From a phage: 64,000 nucleotides of DNA. The position numbers were made by a program, and so were the translations under genes. The notes below the pieces were generated by a model. The model saw nothing but the letters and a program-made list of their open reading frames with translations. It was not told the origin of the DNA and ran no database searches. Shown in pieces: positions 54,236-63,359 of this stretch (its first letter is position 1; the number at the start of each line of letters is the position of its first letter). The stretch lies in the sequence record PZ583742.1, one strand, 5' to 3'.

Positions 54236-54570
54236 TTAGTTGGCTCAAGAATTTATTCAAGACTAAACCGGGTGAAGGTGTGGTTCCTGTTAGCCTACCA
54301 GATGTTAAACTAAGAGAATATGTTTACATGGGTGATGGTATGATGGAAGAAGTTCGTCGACGACCAGAAAAAGCCGGTAATGTCGGACCAGGCGCATTAC
54401 CATTGAATTCGAAACAGTTAAAAGAGCATCTGGATTCAAGACGTTCTACAAGCCATGTCGATATGACTCCGATTGTAGTCGCTGCTGCCGTCAGTTCGTG
54501 GACTGGTGATTCGTCTTATTCCTCCTATGATTCAGGAAGCTGCGATTCGTCTTCCAGCTCGTGTGATTAA
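54232..54570 (+). CDS. hypothetical protein with Ser-rich C-terminus
   Basis: ORF overlapping upstream stop. Confidence 0.4.
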   Translation: MISWLKNLFKTKPGEGVVPVSLPDVKLREYVYMGDGMMEEVRRRPEKAGNVGPGALPLNSKQLKEHLDSRRSTSHVDMTPIVVAAAVSSWTGDSSYSSYDSGSCDSSSSSCD

Positions 54571-54765
54571 ATGAGAATTACAAGTTGGCTTAAAGATTGG
54601 TTGGTTACCCCAGGGATTGATGATTCCTGGGTGGCCAGAGCCGAGGAAGAAATGCAGCGCGAAGCTGAAGAATGGGCTGCTACAGGGCTTAAAGCCATGC
54701 AGGAAAAGAAGACCGAACGAGCTGCGCTTAAACTGCTGCGTGATATCTACGGGGATAAATCATGA
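54571..54765 (+). CDS. hypothetical protein
   Basis: ORF abutting upstream stop. Confidence 0.4.
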   Translation: MRITSWLKDWLVTPGIDDSWVARAEEEMQREAEEWAATGLKAMQEKKTERAALKLLRDIYGDKS

Positions 54766-54911
54766 CACAAGAAGAAGCCGAACGCCAGGCAAAAGAAGCA
54801 CTGGATTTGCTTTTGAAAATTGGCAGTAAAATGATGGAAGAAAATGAAAAGTACATCAAGGAAAATAAAGTTCCTGATGGTCCATTAGTTGGTAAGAGGA
54901 AATCATTATGA
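54762..54911 (+). CDS. small hypothetical protein (49 aa)
   Basis: ATG overlaps upstream stop; below ORF-track size cutoff. Confidence 0.3.
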   Translation: MTQEEAERQAKEALDLLLKIGSKMMEENEKYIKENKVPDGPLVGKRKSL

Positions 54912-55390
54912 AAGTATACGAATTAGAATTCTATGTCCGTGATTCGGCTGGGCAAACACGACCTTACTATGCAACAGCCTGTCTTATCTTTGCATATAAT
55001 GGCATGGATTCGGTTACTGAGTTGGAAACAAAATTAATGAACCTGACGATGCCAGAAAACGTTATGCTGAAGGTATTTCATAGAAAAAACGTTAATGTGG
55101 CTGAAGGGTGTCCATTTACTGTTTCCGAAGCTCTGCATATCAAAGGCTATCGCCACCCGGACCTTTATGGCGAAGATACCATTTTCTATAAAGATAGAGA
55201 TAAAATGGCCACTGAACGTCTTCAAGGTCGCACATATCTGATTTCCACTACCGACGACCTTGCTGAAGTTGAACGTCAGATTTGGAAGCACTTTGATATC
55301 GGCTTGCGCTTTACTTTAACAGAAGAAGCTATTCAAGATACTAAAATGCGTGCTCGTATGTATGGTTACGGTCCTATCGGTGGCTACTAA
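54908..55390 (+). CDS. hypothetical protein
   Basis: 160 aa ORF with RBS AGAGGAAA. Confidence 0.45.
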   Translation: MKVYELEFYVRDSAGQTRPYYATACLIFAYNGMDSVTELETKLMNLTMPENVMLKVFHRKNVNVAEGCPFTVSEALHIKGYRHPDLYGEDTIFYKDRDKMATERLQGRTYLISTTDDLAEVERQIWKHFDIGLRFTLTEEAIQDTKMRARMYGYGPIGGY

Positions 55391-55569
55391 TGGATTTATT
55401 TGAACTTTTTGAAGAGCCTAAAGCTCCTACGGAAGCCCGTGTGGACCTAGTTGACGAACTTGATGCGATTATACAGAAGCATGGTTTTAGTCTCCCAATA
55501 GAAGTTCTGCGCGACCTGGCCTCATATTACGACGACCCACCTCCATGGGCACCATGGGTGAAACGATGA
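55390..55569 (+). CDS. small acidic protein (59 aa)
   Basis: ATG overlaps upstream stop; below ORF-track size cutoff. Confidence 0.3.
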   Translation: MDLFELFEEPKAPTEARVDLVDELDAIIQKHGFSLPIEVLRDLASYYDDPPPWAPWVKR

Positions 55570-55799
55570 ACTGGTTAACAAATATTCCCACATCGGCGCT
55601 GGATATCGACCGTAAACAGGCTCATAAGGAAATTGAGCAACAAAAAATTAATCGCTTACAAAGGCTTAAGACTGAATCCGAGACAATTAAAGTCAAACGC
55701 CCGACAGAATCGAAAAGTTCTTACTCATCATATCAATCTCCGATTGGCATGGCCGTAGACATTGCAGTCTTTGGCGTCCCACTTGGAGTATTTAAGTAG
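55566..55799 (+). CDS. hypothetical protein
   Basis: ATG 55566 overlaps upstream stop (ATGA). Confidence 0.4.
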   Translation: MNWLTNIPTSALDIDRKQAHKEIEQQKINRLQRLKTESETIKVKRPTESKSSYSSYQSPIGMAVDIAVFGVPLGVFK

Positions 55800-55855
55800 T
55801 TTACTTACTCCCCTCCTAATGACATAATGGCCTTTCTTACAACAGAGAGGCCATT

Positions 55856-56416
55856 ATGAACATCATCAAATCTGATACCGAACCCAACCAGTTAAAATTT
55901 AGTGAAATGGAGATAGCTTCATTATTTGAGTGTCGCACATCAAAGGTTGATAAGACCTTGCATTCAAACGTTAACTCAATCATCAAGTCAAGGTTATCTG
56001 TACCTGATACAGTCTTGTATCGTGGGGTTACCCAGCAAGAGATTGATTTGTTAGATGAAGCAAAAGAATCAATGCAACCTTTTGAATTTGGAAGGATAAC
56101 CTCCTTTACAGAAGACTATGGTATTGCCAGGGATTTTGCTGCAATGGAATATGTGTCAAGGACTATCATCAGATTGAATCATACAAAAGCTTTTTGTTAC
56201 CATGATGCGATGCGCAAAATCGCGCTTGACGTTCCACTGGAATTCTTCAATACTGCTTCTGGTTCCGAACAGGCAGCAACGTTAAGACGTGAAGAATACA
56301 TGGACATGATTGATTCTGAGCTTGAATGGTTTGTTCCAGTTGACCAGAAATTCGTGGTGGTTGATGCTGGATTTGTTGGTGATTATTATGTTCTTGACTG
56401 TGTACAAGAGCAATAA
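55856..56416 (+). CDS. ADP-ribosyltransferase-like protein (ModB-like by position)
   Basis: R-S-E pattern: LYRGV, SFTEDYGIARDFA, ELEWFVP; paralogue of next gene; sits between 56/soc and dda where T4 has modA/modB. Confidence 0.5.
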   Translation: MNIIKSDTEPNQLKFSEMEIASLFECRTSKVDKTLHSNVNSIIKSRLSVPDTVLYRGVTQQEIDLLDEAKESMQPFEFGRITSFTEDYGIARDFAAMEYVSRTIIRLNHTKAFCYHDAMRKIALDVPLEFFNTASGSEQAATLRREEYMDMIDSELEWFVPVDQKFVVVDAGFVGDYYVLDCVQEQ

Positions 56417-56460
56417 GACACGTTAAGATGTTCCTATCAACTACTGATGAGGATAATAAA

Positions 56461-57075
56461 ATGCTGTACACAAGTCACCAATTAGCAGAGTACATCAATG
56501 CAGTTAAATGTGAATATTTTCGTGAAAATACCCAGATTGAAATTGATGAAATTTACTCTGAGTTGGAACAGAGTACACTCTGGCAGTGTATGGAAAATAA
56601 GCCAGACACTATCCAGGAAACTTTGAACAAAATTATTCGTAAGAATTTGACTTCTGCTGTGCCTGGTAAGTTATATCGCGGGATTTCTAAGAAAACTTTG
56701 GCATATCTTGAAACCGTAGGATGTGTTGGTGCTACGATTGAGTTTGACCGTGTAATGAGTTTCTCCAAAGATTTCAGTGTTGCGCGTAACTTTGCTTCCT
56801 TTAGCTTCTATGGAACCAAAAATATTTTCTGTATTAATGATGCACCATTCGCATTTGATTATCAGGAAGCGATTTTTAAAATGATTTGTGCGGCACCTCC
56901 TGAAGAGTTCAACGGACTATATCCTGAAATAACTCGTTCTTCAAACTTGCAATTAGTAAATGATGAAGATGAGATGATGTTCCCTGCGGGAACTACGCTA
57001 CGCGTGGACTCTATTGAGAGCATTTATAGATGGGAAGACTATAAATTATGGAATCTTTCTGTTCTTTCTTACTGA
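56461..57075 (+). CDS. ADP-ribosyltransferase-like protein (ModA-like by position)
   Basis: LYRGIS, SFSKDFSVARNFA, EDEMMFPAG; paralogue of 55856..56416. Confidence 0.5.
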   Translation: MLYTSHQLAEYINAVKCEYFRENTQIEIDEIYSELEQSTLWQCMENKPDTIQETLNKIIRKNLTSAVPGKLYRGISKKTLAYLETVGCVGATIEFDRVMSFSKDFSVARNFASFSFYGTKNIFCINDAPFAFDYQEAIFKMICAAPPEEFNGLYPEITRSSNLQLVNDEDEMMFPAGTTLRVDSIESIYRWEDYKLWNLSVLSY

Positions 57076-57155
57076 AGTATTCTGGGTTAACAAAAGGCCA
57101 AAAACCTTAGAACCATTATACACAGTAAAAATAAAAGCGTTAAAGGTGAAAAAGT

Positions 57156-57186
57156 AGTGTACATAAAAGATGAATAGTGTATAATG
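57156..57186 (+). promoter_or_regulatory. early promoter-like element TGTACA-N16-TATAAT
   Basis: TGTACA 57158-57163, TATAAT 57180-57185. Confidence 0.5.
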
Positions 57187-57231
57187 ATTTCATACTGAGT
57201 TTTCAATCGTCCGTAAGATGAGAAAAATATC

Positions 57232-57978
57232 ATGACTTTATCAAAAACCAAAACGCTGAAAGTTAAACGTCGTCTGGAACACACTCAAGCTTCCGCTAAA
57301 CGTCGCGGTAAAGACTTTAACCTGGATTTTAATTATCTGGTTAACATTCTTGACCAAAAAGTTTGTGCTTATTCTGGTGAAGCATTTAACAACTCTATTG
57401 AAGGTGAGAAGTTATCATTAGAGCGTTTTAACAATGATATTGGTTATATCAAGGGTAATGTTATTCCTGTTAAAAAGAAATACAATACCATGCGTTCTGA
57501 TTGGTCCCTGGATGAGCTTAAACAACGTCGCGATGATGTTGCTGTAAAAATTGCTCGCCCGTCCGTCAAGAAGATTGAAAAGTTAAATCTGACAGCAGAG
57601 AAATGGGAACAGATTAAAAAGTCGTATACCCATATTAAGAACATCCAACACAAACGTGATAATCGCGTTAAGCATTATGCTCAAATGAGTAAATCAGAGC
57701 AGTCCAAAGAAAACCAATTAAAAATGATTGCTCTGAAGGCTCGCATTGATGGTTCCCGTGTTGCAGAAGGTCATGAGCTTACTAAATTGAATGTCCTGCT
57801 CAAAGGTAATGACTGGAAGGTTACCAAGAAATTAACTAATGCTGAAACGCTTTTTGATTGCTATGATAAAATCATTCAAGGTCTTGAGCGTTTTGAGAAG
57901 ATTGGTTTTATTGGTAAATTAAAACTGAAACGTGGTCTACCTTTGAACGCGTCAATTTTTAAACTGATTAGAGGTTAA
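57232..57978 (+). CDS. Srd-like protein (assigned by synteny and size only)
   Basis: 248 aa ORF between mod-like genes and dda; downstream of TGTACA-N16-TATAAT promoter. Confidence 0.35.
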   Translation: MTLSKTKTLKVKRRLEHTQASAKRRGKDFNLDFNYLVNILDQKVCAYSGEAFNNSIEGEKLSLERFNNDIGYIKGNVIPVKKKYNTMRSDWSLDELKQRRDDVAVKIARPSVKKIEKLNLTAEKWEQIKKSYTHIKNIQHKRDNRVKHYAQMSKSEQSKENQLKMIALKARIDGSRVAEGHELTKLNVLLKGNDWKVTKKLTNAETLFDCYDKIIQGLERFEKIGFIGKLKLKRGLPLNASIFKLIRG

Positions 57979-57982
57979 TGTG

Positions 57983-58279
57983 ATGTACTACGCATATGTG
58001 CTGGTTCACAAAGATAAAGATGGTTTTGAACGCCCATTGGAATACAATGGAAAGGTTACCTTATACACCACAAAAGCGGGTGCAGAATATGAACTTGCCA
58101 ACTATTCATATACCACAAACCGATATTTAAGTATGGGGCGTATTGAAACCATTTACATTCCTAGGAAGTGGTGGTTTGATAAGCGTGAAACAAAAACAGT
58201 TTTTCCTACTGAAGAACACGCACGAGAATTGAAACAGGTTTTATATACTTTATATGTTAAGCGAGTAAAATTGGCATGA
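57983..58279 (+). CDS. hypothetical protein
   Basis: ATG 57983 (GTG 57980 also possible). Confidence 0.4.
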   Translation: MYYAYVLVHKDKDGFERPLEYNGKVTLYTTKAGAEYELANYSYTTNRYLSMGRIETIYIPRKWWFDKRETKTVFPTEEHARELKQVLYTLYVKRVKLA

Positions 58280-59604
58280 TTAAATTTGAAGACTTGAACA
58301 CAGGACAAAAAGAAGCTTTTGATTATATCACCGAAGCTATTCAACGACGTTCAGGGGAATGTATTACTCTGAATGGTCCAGCTGGTACAGGTAAAACTAC
58401 TCTGACAAAATTTGTCATTGACCATCTGGTGCGTAATGGAGTTATGGGAATTGTGCTTGCCGCACCAACTCACCAGGCAAAAAAAGTTCTATCTAAATTG
58501 TCTGGTCAAACGGCGAATACAATCCATAGTATTCTGAAGATTAACCCGACCACATATGAAGACCAAAACGTTTTTGAACAGCGCGAAATGCCTGACATGT
58601 CAAAATGTAATGTTCTGGTTTGTGATGAAGCAAGTATGTATGACGGGTCTCTGTTTAAGATTATTCTTAACTCTGTTCCTGAATGGTGTACTATTCTTGG
58701 GATTGGTGATATGCACCAGCTGCAGCCAGTTGACCCAGGAAGCACACAACAAAAGATAAGCCCATTCTTTACGCATCCTAAGTTCAAACAGATTCATCTG
58801 ACTGAGGTTATGCGAAGCAATGCTCCTATCATTGAAGTAGCGACAGAAATTCGTAACGGGGGTTGGTTCCGCGACTGTATGTATGATGGTCATGGTGTAC
58901 AGGGTTTCACCTCACAAACCGCTTTAAAGGATTTCATGATAAACTATTTTGGTATTGTAAAAGATGCTGATATGTTGATGGAAAACAGGATGTATGCGTA
59001 CACGAATAAATCAGTTGAAAAACTGAACAATATTATTCGTCGCAAGCTCTATGAAACGGATAAAGCATTTTTACCGTATGAAGTCCTAGTTATGCAAGAG
59101 CCACACATGAAAGAGCTGGAATTTGAAGGCAAGAAATTCAGCGAAACCATTTTTAATAATGGTCAGTTGGTTCGCATCAAGGATTGCAAATACACTTCCA
59201 CAATTCTCCGTTGTAAAGGTGAATCACACCAGTTAGTGATTAATTACTGGGACCTGGAAGTTGAGTCAATTGATGAAGATGAAGAATATCAGGTTGACCG
59301 CATCAAAGTTTTACCTGAAGACCAGCAACCAAAATTCCAGGCATATCTGGCTAAAGTTGCTGACACATACAAACAGATGAAAGCCGCTGGTAAACGTCCA
59401 GAGTGGAAAGACTTCTGGAAAGCCCGCCGGACCTTCTTGAAAGTTCGTGCTCTTCCGGTTAGTACAATCCACAAGGCCCAGGGCGTTTCAGTAGACAAGG
59501 CATTCATCTATACTCCATGCATCCATATGGCCGAAGCTTCATTAGCGAGCCAGTTGGCTTATGTAGGAATCACACGAGCGAGGTACGACGCATATTATGT
59601 ATAA
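58276..59604 (+). CDS. dda: DNA helicase Dda (SF1B)
   Basis: GQK.AF; INGPAGTGKTTLTKF; ILAAPTH.AKK.LSKLSG..A.TIHSILKINP; TEV.RSNAPII; STIHKAQG.SVD.AFIYTPCIH matches T4 Dda. Confidence 0.95.
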   Translation: MIKFEDLNTGQKEAFDYITEAIQRRSGECITLNGPAGTGKTTLTKFVIDHLVRNGVMGIVLAAPTHQAKKVLSKLSGQTANTIHSILKINPTTYEDQNVFEQREMPDMSKCNVLVCDEASMYDGSLFKIILNSVPEWCTILGIGDMHQLQPVDPGSTQQKISPFFTHPKFKQIHLTEVMRSNAPIIEVATEIRNGGWFRDCMYDGHGVQGFTSQTALKDFMINYFGIVKDADMLMENRMYAYTNKSVEKLNNIIRRKLYETDKAFLPYEVLVMQEPHMKELEFEGKKFSETIFNNGQLVRIKDCKYTSTILRCKGESHQLVINYWDLEVESIDEDEEYQVDRIKVLPEDQQPKFQAYLAKVADTYKQMKAAGKRPEWKDFWKARRTFLKVRALPVSTIHKAQGVSVDKAFIYTPCIHMAEASLASQLAYVGITRARYDAYYV

Positions 59605-59836
59605 AGTACATAAAGAAGATTTAGATACTCTTATCTATGGTATTCAGGACGCGGTTGAATTTTTCGAAGATAATCCGACTATCGTCCAACAGGGTAATTA
59701 CGTTTTACTGGAACTGAGTCTTATTCAGAAACGTATGGCCGCGATTGAATATTTTAACAATGAAGAGCCAGGAATTTTTATCTCCGACTATGTTGCTGGT
59801 GAAATTCAGAAATTAAAAGAGATGTGCGATGATTGA
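59597..59836 (+). CDS. hypothetical protein (dda.1 position)
   Basis: ORF overlapping dda stop. Confidence 0.4.
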   Translation: MYKVHKEDLDTLIYGIQDAVEFFEDNPTIVQQGNYVLLELSLIQKRMAAIEYFNNEEPGIFISDYVAGEIQKLKEMCDD

Positions 59837-60548
59837 TGCTATTATTGACTTTGAAACTCTGGGAAACGGCTCGAAGGGAGCCGTTATTGACTTGGCCCTG
59901 ATTACATTCGAATCTGACCCTGCTATTGTGGAATCATTCGAAACCCTGGTTAATCGCGGCAAACGTATTAAGTTCAGTCTCGAATACCAAAAAGGAAAAC
60001 GTCTGTTTGACACAACAACCATGGGTTGGTGGAAAAAACAATCAGCAGAAGCACGTGTTAACCTGGCCCCTTCTGCACATGATGTTGATACTCTGACCGG
60101 TATCCAACAGGCGATTGACTATCTGAATGGCAATGGAATTAACAAATACGAAAGCCTTATGTGGTGCCGTGGAATGTCTTTTGACTTCCCGTTGTTTGTT
60201 GACCTTATCCGTGACCTGCAGCGCAATGAGGGTATCCCTGAGCGTGAATTGAATACCTATGACCTGGAGCCGGTTGTATTCTGGAACCAGCGAGATATCA
60301 GGACGGCAATCGAAGCCTTGTCACTCGTCCGTAAGATGTGTGAAACCCCATTACCGAAAGGGACTTTAGATGGATTTGTGGCGCACGATTCAGTGCATGA
60401 CTGCGCGAAAGATATTCTTATGCTGAAGTATGCCCAGCGCTATGCTCTTGGTTTAGATGAAGTTCCTTCCGAAGAAGATGCAGACCCGTTATCTTTACCA
60501 AAAAAAAACGATAAAAGTAGTGTACAAGGCCAATGGAAAGAGACATAA
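59829..60548 (+). CDS. dexA: exonuclease A (DnaQ-like 3'-5' exonuclease)
   Basis: MIDAIIDFETLG exo I motif; position after dda as in T4. Confidence 0.85.
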   Translation: MIDAIIDFETLGNGSKGAVIDLALITFESDPAIVESFETLVNRGKRIKFSLEYQKGKRLFDTTTMGWWKKQSAEARVNLAPSAHDVDTLTGIQQAIDYLNGNGINKYESLMWCRGMSFDFPLFVDLIRDLQRNEGIPERELNTYDLEPVVFWNQRDIRTAIEALSLVRKMCETPLPKGTLDGFVAHDSVHDCAKDILMLKYAQRYALGLDEVPSEEDADPLSLPKKNDKSSVQGQWKET

Positions 60549-60580
60549 TTATCTCATCAACTACTGATGAGGATAACAAA

Positions 60581-60838
60581 ATGATTACTTCTTTTGAAAT
60601 TGGCCAACAATATGAAATGTCCGCTCTTCAAGCTGCTGAAGCAGGTCTGACCGAAGCGTTTGAATGTGCATTTACAAATATTCGTGGTAAAATCTTTACT
60701 GTCAATAAAATTGCGGTATATGATAAAGAAACAGACATGAACAAAGGCATCTACTTGAACGTGTCAAACGCAAAAGGTCGTCGTGAAATTATGGTTGTAC
60801 AACCTAATCAACTGGCGATGTTCAATAAGGTTGCATAA
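60581..60838 (+). CDS. hypothetical protein
   Basis: Preceded by promoter/RBS-hairpin module embedded in dexA 3' end. Confidence 0.45.
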   Translation: MITSFEIGQQYEMSALQAAEAGLTEAFECAFTNIRGKIFTVNKIAVYDKETDMNKGIYLNVSNAKGRREIMVVQPNQLAMFNKVA

Positions 60839-61590
60839 TGAAACCAGAATTTATTGACTTTGATGTTGTAAGTATGTATGTTCGCCCAATTAAACCATTA
60901 AAACTTGAGAAACAAAATATGACTATTGAAATTAACAAAACTTATCAACTGATTGAACCTATTATTCAAAACGCAGCTATGGTTTCTGGGTATAATACTC
61001 TGACTGATGCTTTAGGTGAAGGTGAATTTATTGTTGAAACTTTTGTAAAAAGTAACTGGTTTGATAAAGCATATATTCTACATGCACGTCGCCTTGATAC
61101 AAATAAAGTAGAAAAAATTATGGTTTATGAAGCTGAGATTGAACTCTTCAAAGAAGTTGAAGAAACTCCTATCAAAGTTGACAAAACCTATCAACTTGTT
61201 GGATATGGTGATTTTGATAATACTAATGCATTGAATGCCGGTTGGCGGGTGCTGAAAGGTATTTTTGGATTTGCTCCATTTACCGTTAAAACAGTTAAGT
61301 ACCACAATCACCAAAGCATCTTTGAATTTACTGCGGTCAATGAATCAGGTGACAATCTTGAAGCTATCCTTTATCCACGTGAATCTGTACTGCTGGAAGA
61401 AGTTAGCGAACTGGGTGACCCTATTGACTTGCTGTGTAAACCAGTTCAAATCAAACGCCCATTTAACAGTTCCATTTGTGGTTGGGTAACAGACCAGTGG
61501 ATTGAAGAGAGTGTTGAACTCCTGAACGTTGTCCATGCTGGTGAATTTACTGTTGTACCACGTTCCATGGTTGTTGAAATTTTTAATTAA
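60838..61590 (+). CDS. hypothetical protein with internal repeats; paralogue of 61670..62230
   Basis: Internal repeats INKTYQLIEP / VDKTYQLVGYGDF; C-terminus VTDQWIEESVELLNVVHAGEFTVVPRSMVVE similar to next gene. Confidence 0.5.
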   Translation: MKPEFIDFDVVSMYVRPIKPLKLEKQNMTIEINKTYQLIEPIIQNAAMVSGYNTLTDALGEGEFIVETFVKSNWFDKAYILHARRLDTNKVEKIMVYEAEIELFKEVEETPIKVDKTYQLVGYGDFDNTNALNAGWRVLKGIFGFAPFTVKTVKYHNHQSIFEFTAVNESGDNLEAILYPRESVLLEEVSELGDPIDLLCKPVQIKRPFNSSICGWVTDQWIEESVELLNVVHAGEFTVVPRSMVVEIFN

Positions 61591-61597
61591 ATTTAAA

Positions 61598-61628
61598 GTG
61601 TACAAACTCTTGGGGTCAGAGTATAATG
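61598..61628 (+). promoter_or_regulatory. early promoter-like element TGTACA-N17-TATAAT with hairpin around -10
   Basis: TGTACA 61599-61604, TATAAT 61622-61627; inverted repeat ggggtca/tgacccc brackets the -10. Confidence 0.5.
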
Positions 61629-61669
61629 ACCCCACTGGAGAATAAACTTATTAACCAAGAGAGAAAATT

Positions 61670-62230
61670 ATGAAAGTTGAAGCTGGCGAAATCGTTCGCG
61701 TATCCAAAAAATCTCGTTCAAGAGCCGCTGGACGTTTTGTTGAGGTTGTCAGTATTCGTGCTGATATTTTTGTTGACCATCCTGATAATGAAGTAAAGGT
61801 GCGTATCATTCCCAAAAATGGTCAGACTGAAACTCAATTCGCTTATGTTCGTGCTAAATTCCTGGAATCAACTGCTATTACTGCCGCCAACCTCCCTGTG
61901 GTTGAAGAAGTTGAATCCCATGATGGATATGTGTGCGAAAGCAATGATATCCGTGGCGTAATTGCTCAAGACGTTGAAACCATTGACCAGTCTCATGTTG
62001 GGGTTGATTTTAAATGGAAATTGGGCAAAGGTGTCTTTTTTGTTTCACCTAAACCGTTTGAATATGTTGACGAACCTTTTGGTACTTATGAAACCACTAG
62101 CATGTCTGGTTACATCACAGACCAGTGGGTTGAAGAAGGCGTTAAGCTCTATAACATCGTGTTCCTTGGAACCTTTAAGGTGGTTCCTGAAAGCTTTATC
62201 GTTGAGTATGCTGATATTCATCGTGCCTAA
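61670..62230 (+). CDS. hypothetical protein, paralogue of 60838..61590
   Basis: C-terminus ITDQWVEEGVKLYNIVFLGTFKVVPESFIVE; downstream of TGTACA-N17-TATAAT promoter. Confidence 0.5.
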   Translation: MKVEAGEIVRVSKKSRSRAAGRFVEVVSIRADIFVDHPDNEVKVRIIPKNGQTETQFAYVRAKFLESTAITAANLPVVEEVESHDGYVCESNDIRGVIAQDVETIDQSHVGVDFKWKLGKGVFFVSPKPFEYVDEPFGTYETTSMSGYITDQWVEEGVKLYNIVFLGTFKVVPESFIVEYADIHRA

Positions 62231-62278
62231 ATTATAAAAATGATAGGGTAAAATTACCCTATCAATGAGGAGAATATT

Positions 62279-62509
62279 ATGTTTAATGAAAATTGTGTGA
62301 CCACTTCCCTGACTGCTGAAGAGTTCTGGGACACTGCTGAAAGTGATAAAGTGATTGTGAAGAAAAACATCAATGAATTTCTTTGTACCACTGACATCAT
62401 TTATGTGTACGCAGATAAAGATGCAGAACTACCTAGCTATGCGCTGTTCCGCGAAGAATCAGAAGATGGCACAGATTTTTGGAAGGAGACTTATCATGTT
62501 GAAATTTGA
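62279..62509 (+). CDS. hypothetical protein
   Basis: RBS GAGGAGAA. Confidence 0.4.
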   Translation: MFNENCVTTSLTAEEFWDTAESDKVIVKKNINEFLCTTDIIYVYADKDAELPSYALFREESEDGTDFWKETYHVEI

Positions 62510-62870
62510 AACTGATAAATGGTATTATTTTAAAGATAATGTTGCTGAAAGCAGATTTCGTTTGTTATGCTCTGATAATGATAATATAGCTGATGCTATA
62601 ATCAATGGTGAAGGATTTAGACCAGTCGGAATTGAAGGTGGTGATGTATATCGGATAGAATTTTCGACCGGTGGAATAGAGAGAATATTCATAAAGGAAG
62701 ATGAGCGTCGTTTCTTTGAAGAAGAAAAAGATGACGATACTGAAGATGAATGCGAAGACGCTGATGAAGCATTTGAACCAAGCGAATTCCCTTTGACTAA
62801 AATCACCATTTCTAATAACTCTGAAGCCTGGACCGTTTACCAGATGTTGAAAGCACACTTTAAGGAATAA
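62496..62870 (+). CDS. acidic hypothetical protein
   Basis: ATG 62496 after GGAAGGAGA. Confidence 0.4.
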   Translation: MLKFETDKWYYFKDNVAESRFRLLCSDNDNIADAIINGEGFRPVGIEGGDVYRIEFSTGGIERIFIKEDERRFFEEEKDDDTEDECEDADEAFEPSEFPLTKITISNNSEAWTVYQMLKAHFKE

Positions 62871-62871
62871 C

Positions 62872-63045
62872 ATGCCACTTTATGATTACAAATGTCAATC
62901 CAATGACTGCGCGAAAGAATACGAAAAAATCAAGAAAATCTCTGAAAGAGATAATGATGTTTGTCCTGATTGCCATCGGCTGGCTGTTCGGTTAGTCTCG
63001 GCTCCTAAACATGTTAATGGCGGTTTTTACGACCTTTTGAAGTGA
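62872..63045 (+). CDS. FmdB-like zinc-ribbon protein (57 aa)
   Basis: MPLYDYKCQSNDC..x..CPDCH: N-terminal MP.Y.Y.C..C plus second CxxC, typical of FmdB-family zinc ribbons; below ORF-track size cutoff. Confidence 0.45.
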   Translation: MPLYDYKCQSNDCAKEYEKIKKISERDNDVCPDCHRLAVRLVSAPKHVNGGFYDLLK

Positions 63046-63051
63046 GGATAT

Positions 63052-63312
63052 ATGAAATACATTAATCGTTCTATTGCAGCACTGGTACTGGCGGTTTCAT
63101 TGGCTAGTTGTACTGATGCAGATAATGCCATTCGTGTATTAGATGCAAACGGCTATGAACAAATCCAAATCACCGGTTATAACTGGTTGGGTTGCTCTGA
63201 AGATGATTTCCAACACACAGGCTTTACGGCCGTAGGGCCAACTGGTAAGAAAGTTAAAGGAACTGTTTGTTCTGGATTGCTGTTTAAGAATTCAACCATT
63301 CGATTTGAATAA
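63052..63312 (+). CDS. lipoprotein
   Basis: Signal peptide plus lipobox MKYINRSIAALVLAVSLASC; followed by UUCG-loop terminator. Confidence 0.5.
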   Translation: MKYINRSIAALVLAVSLASCTDADNAIRVLDANGYEQIQITGYNWLGCSEDDFQHTGFTAVGPTGKKVKGTVCSGLLFKNSTIRFE

Positions 63313-63329
63313 GGCCTTCGGGCCTTTTT
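63313..63329 (+). terminator. rho-independent terminator
   Basis: ggcc-ttcg-ggcc followed by TTTTT. Confidence 0.6.
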
Positions 63330-63354
63330 GCTTTAAAATATGTGACTTATAATA
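63327..63354 (+). promoter_or_regulatory. middle-promoter-like element (MotA box TTTGCTTTA plus TATAAT)
   Basis: TTTGCTTTA 63327-63335, TATAAT 63348-63353; directly after terminator hairpin. Confidence 0.45.
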
Positions 63355-63359
63355 CCTCC

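Noticed and set aside
28819-60583. CRISPR-like array suggested by the recurring atcaactactgatgagga element
   Set aside because: Copies are irregularly spaced (kilobases apart), each sits immediately 5' of a start codon and contains the Shine-Dalgarno; they are RBS/promoter modules, not CRISPR repeats.
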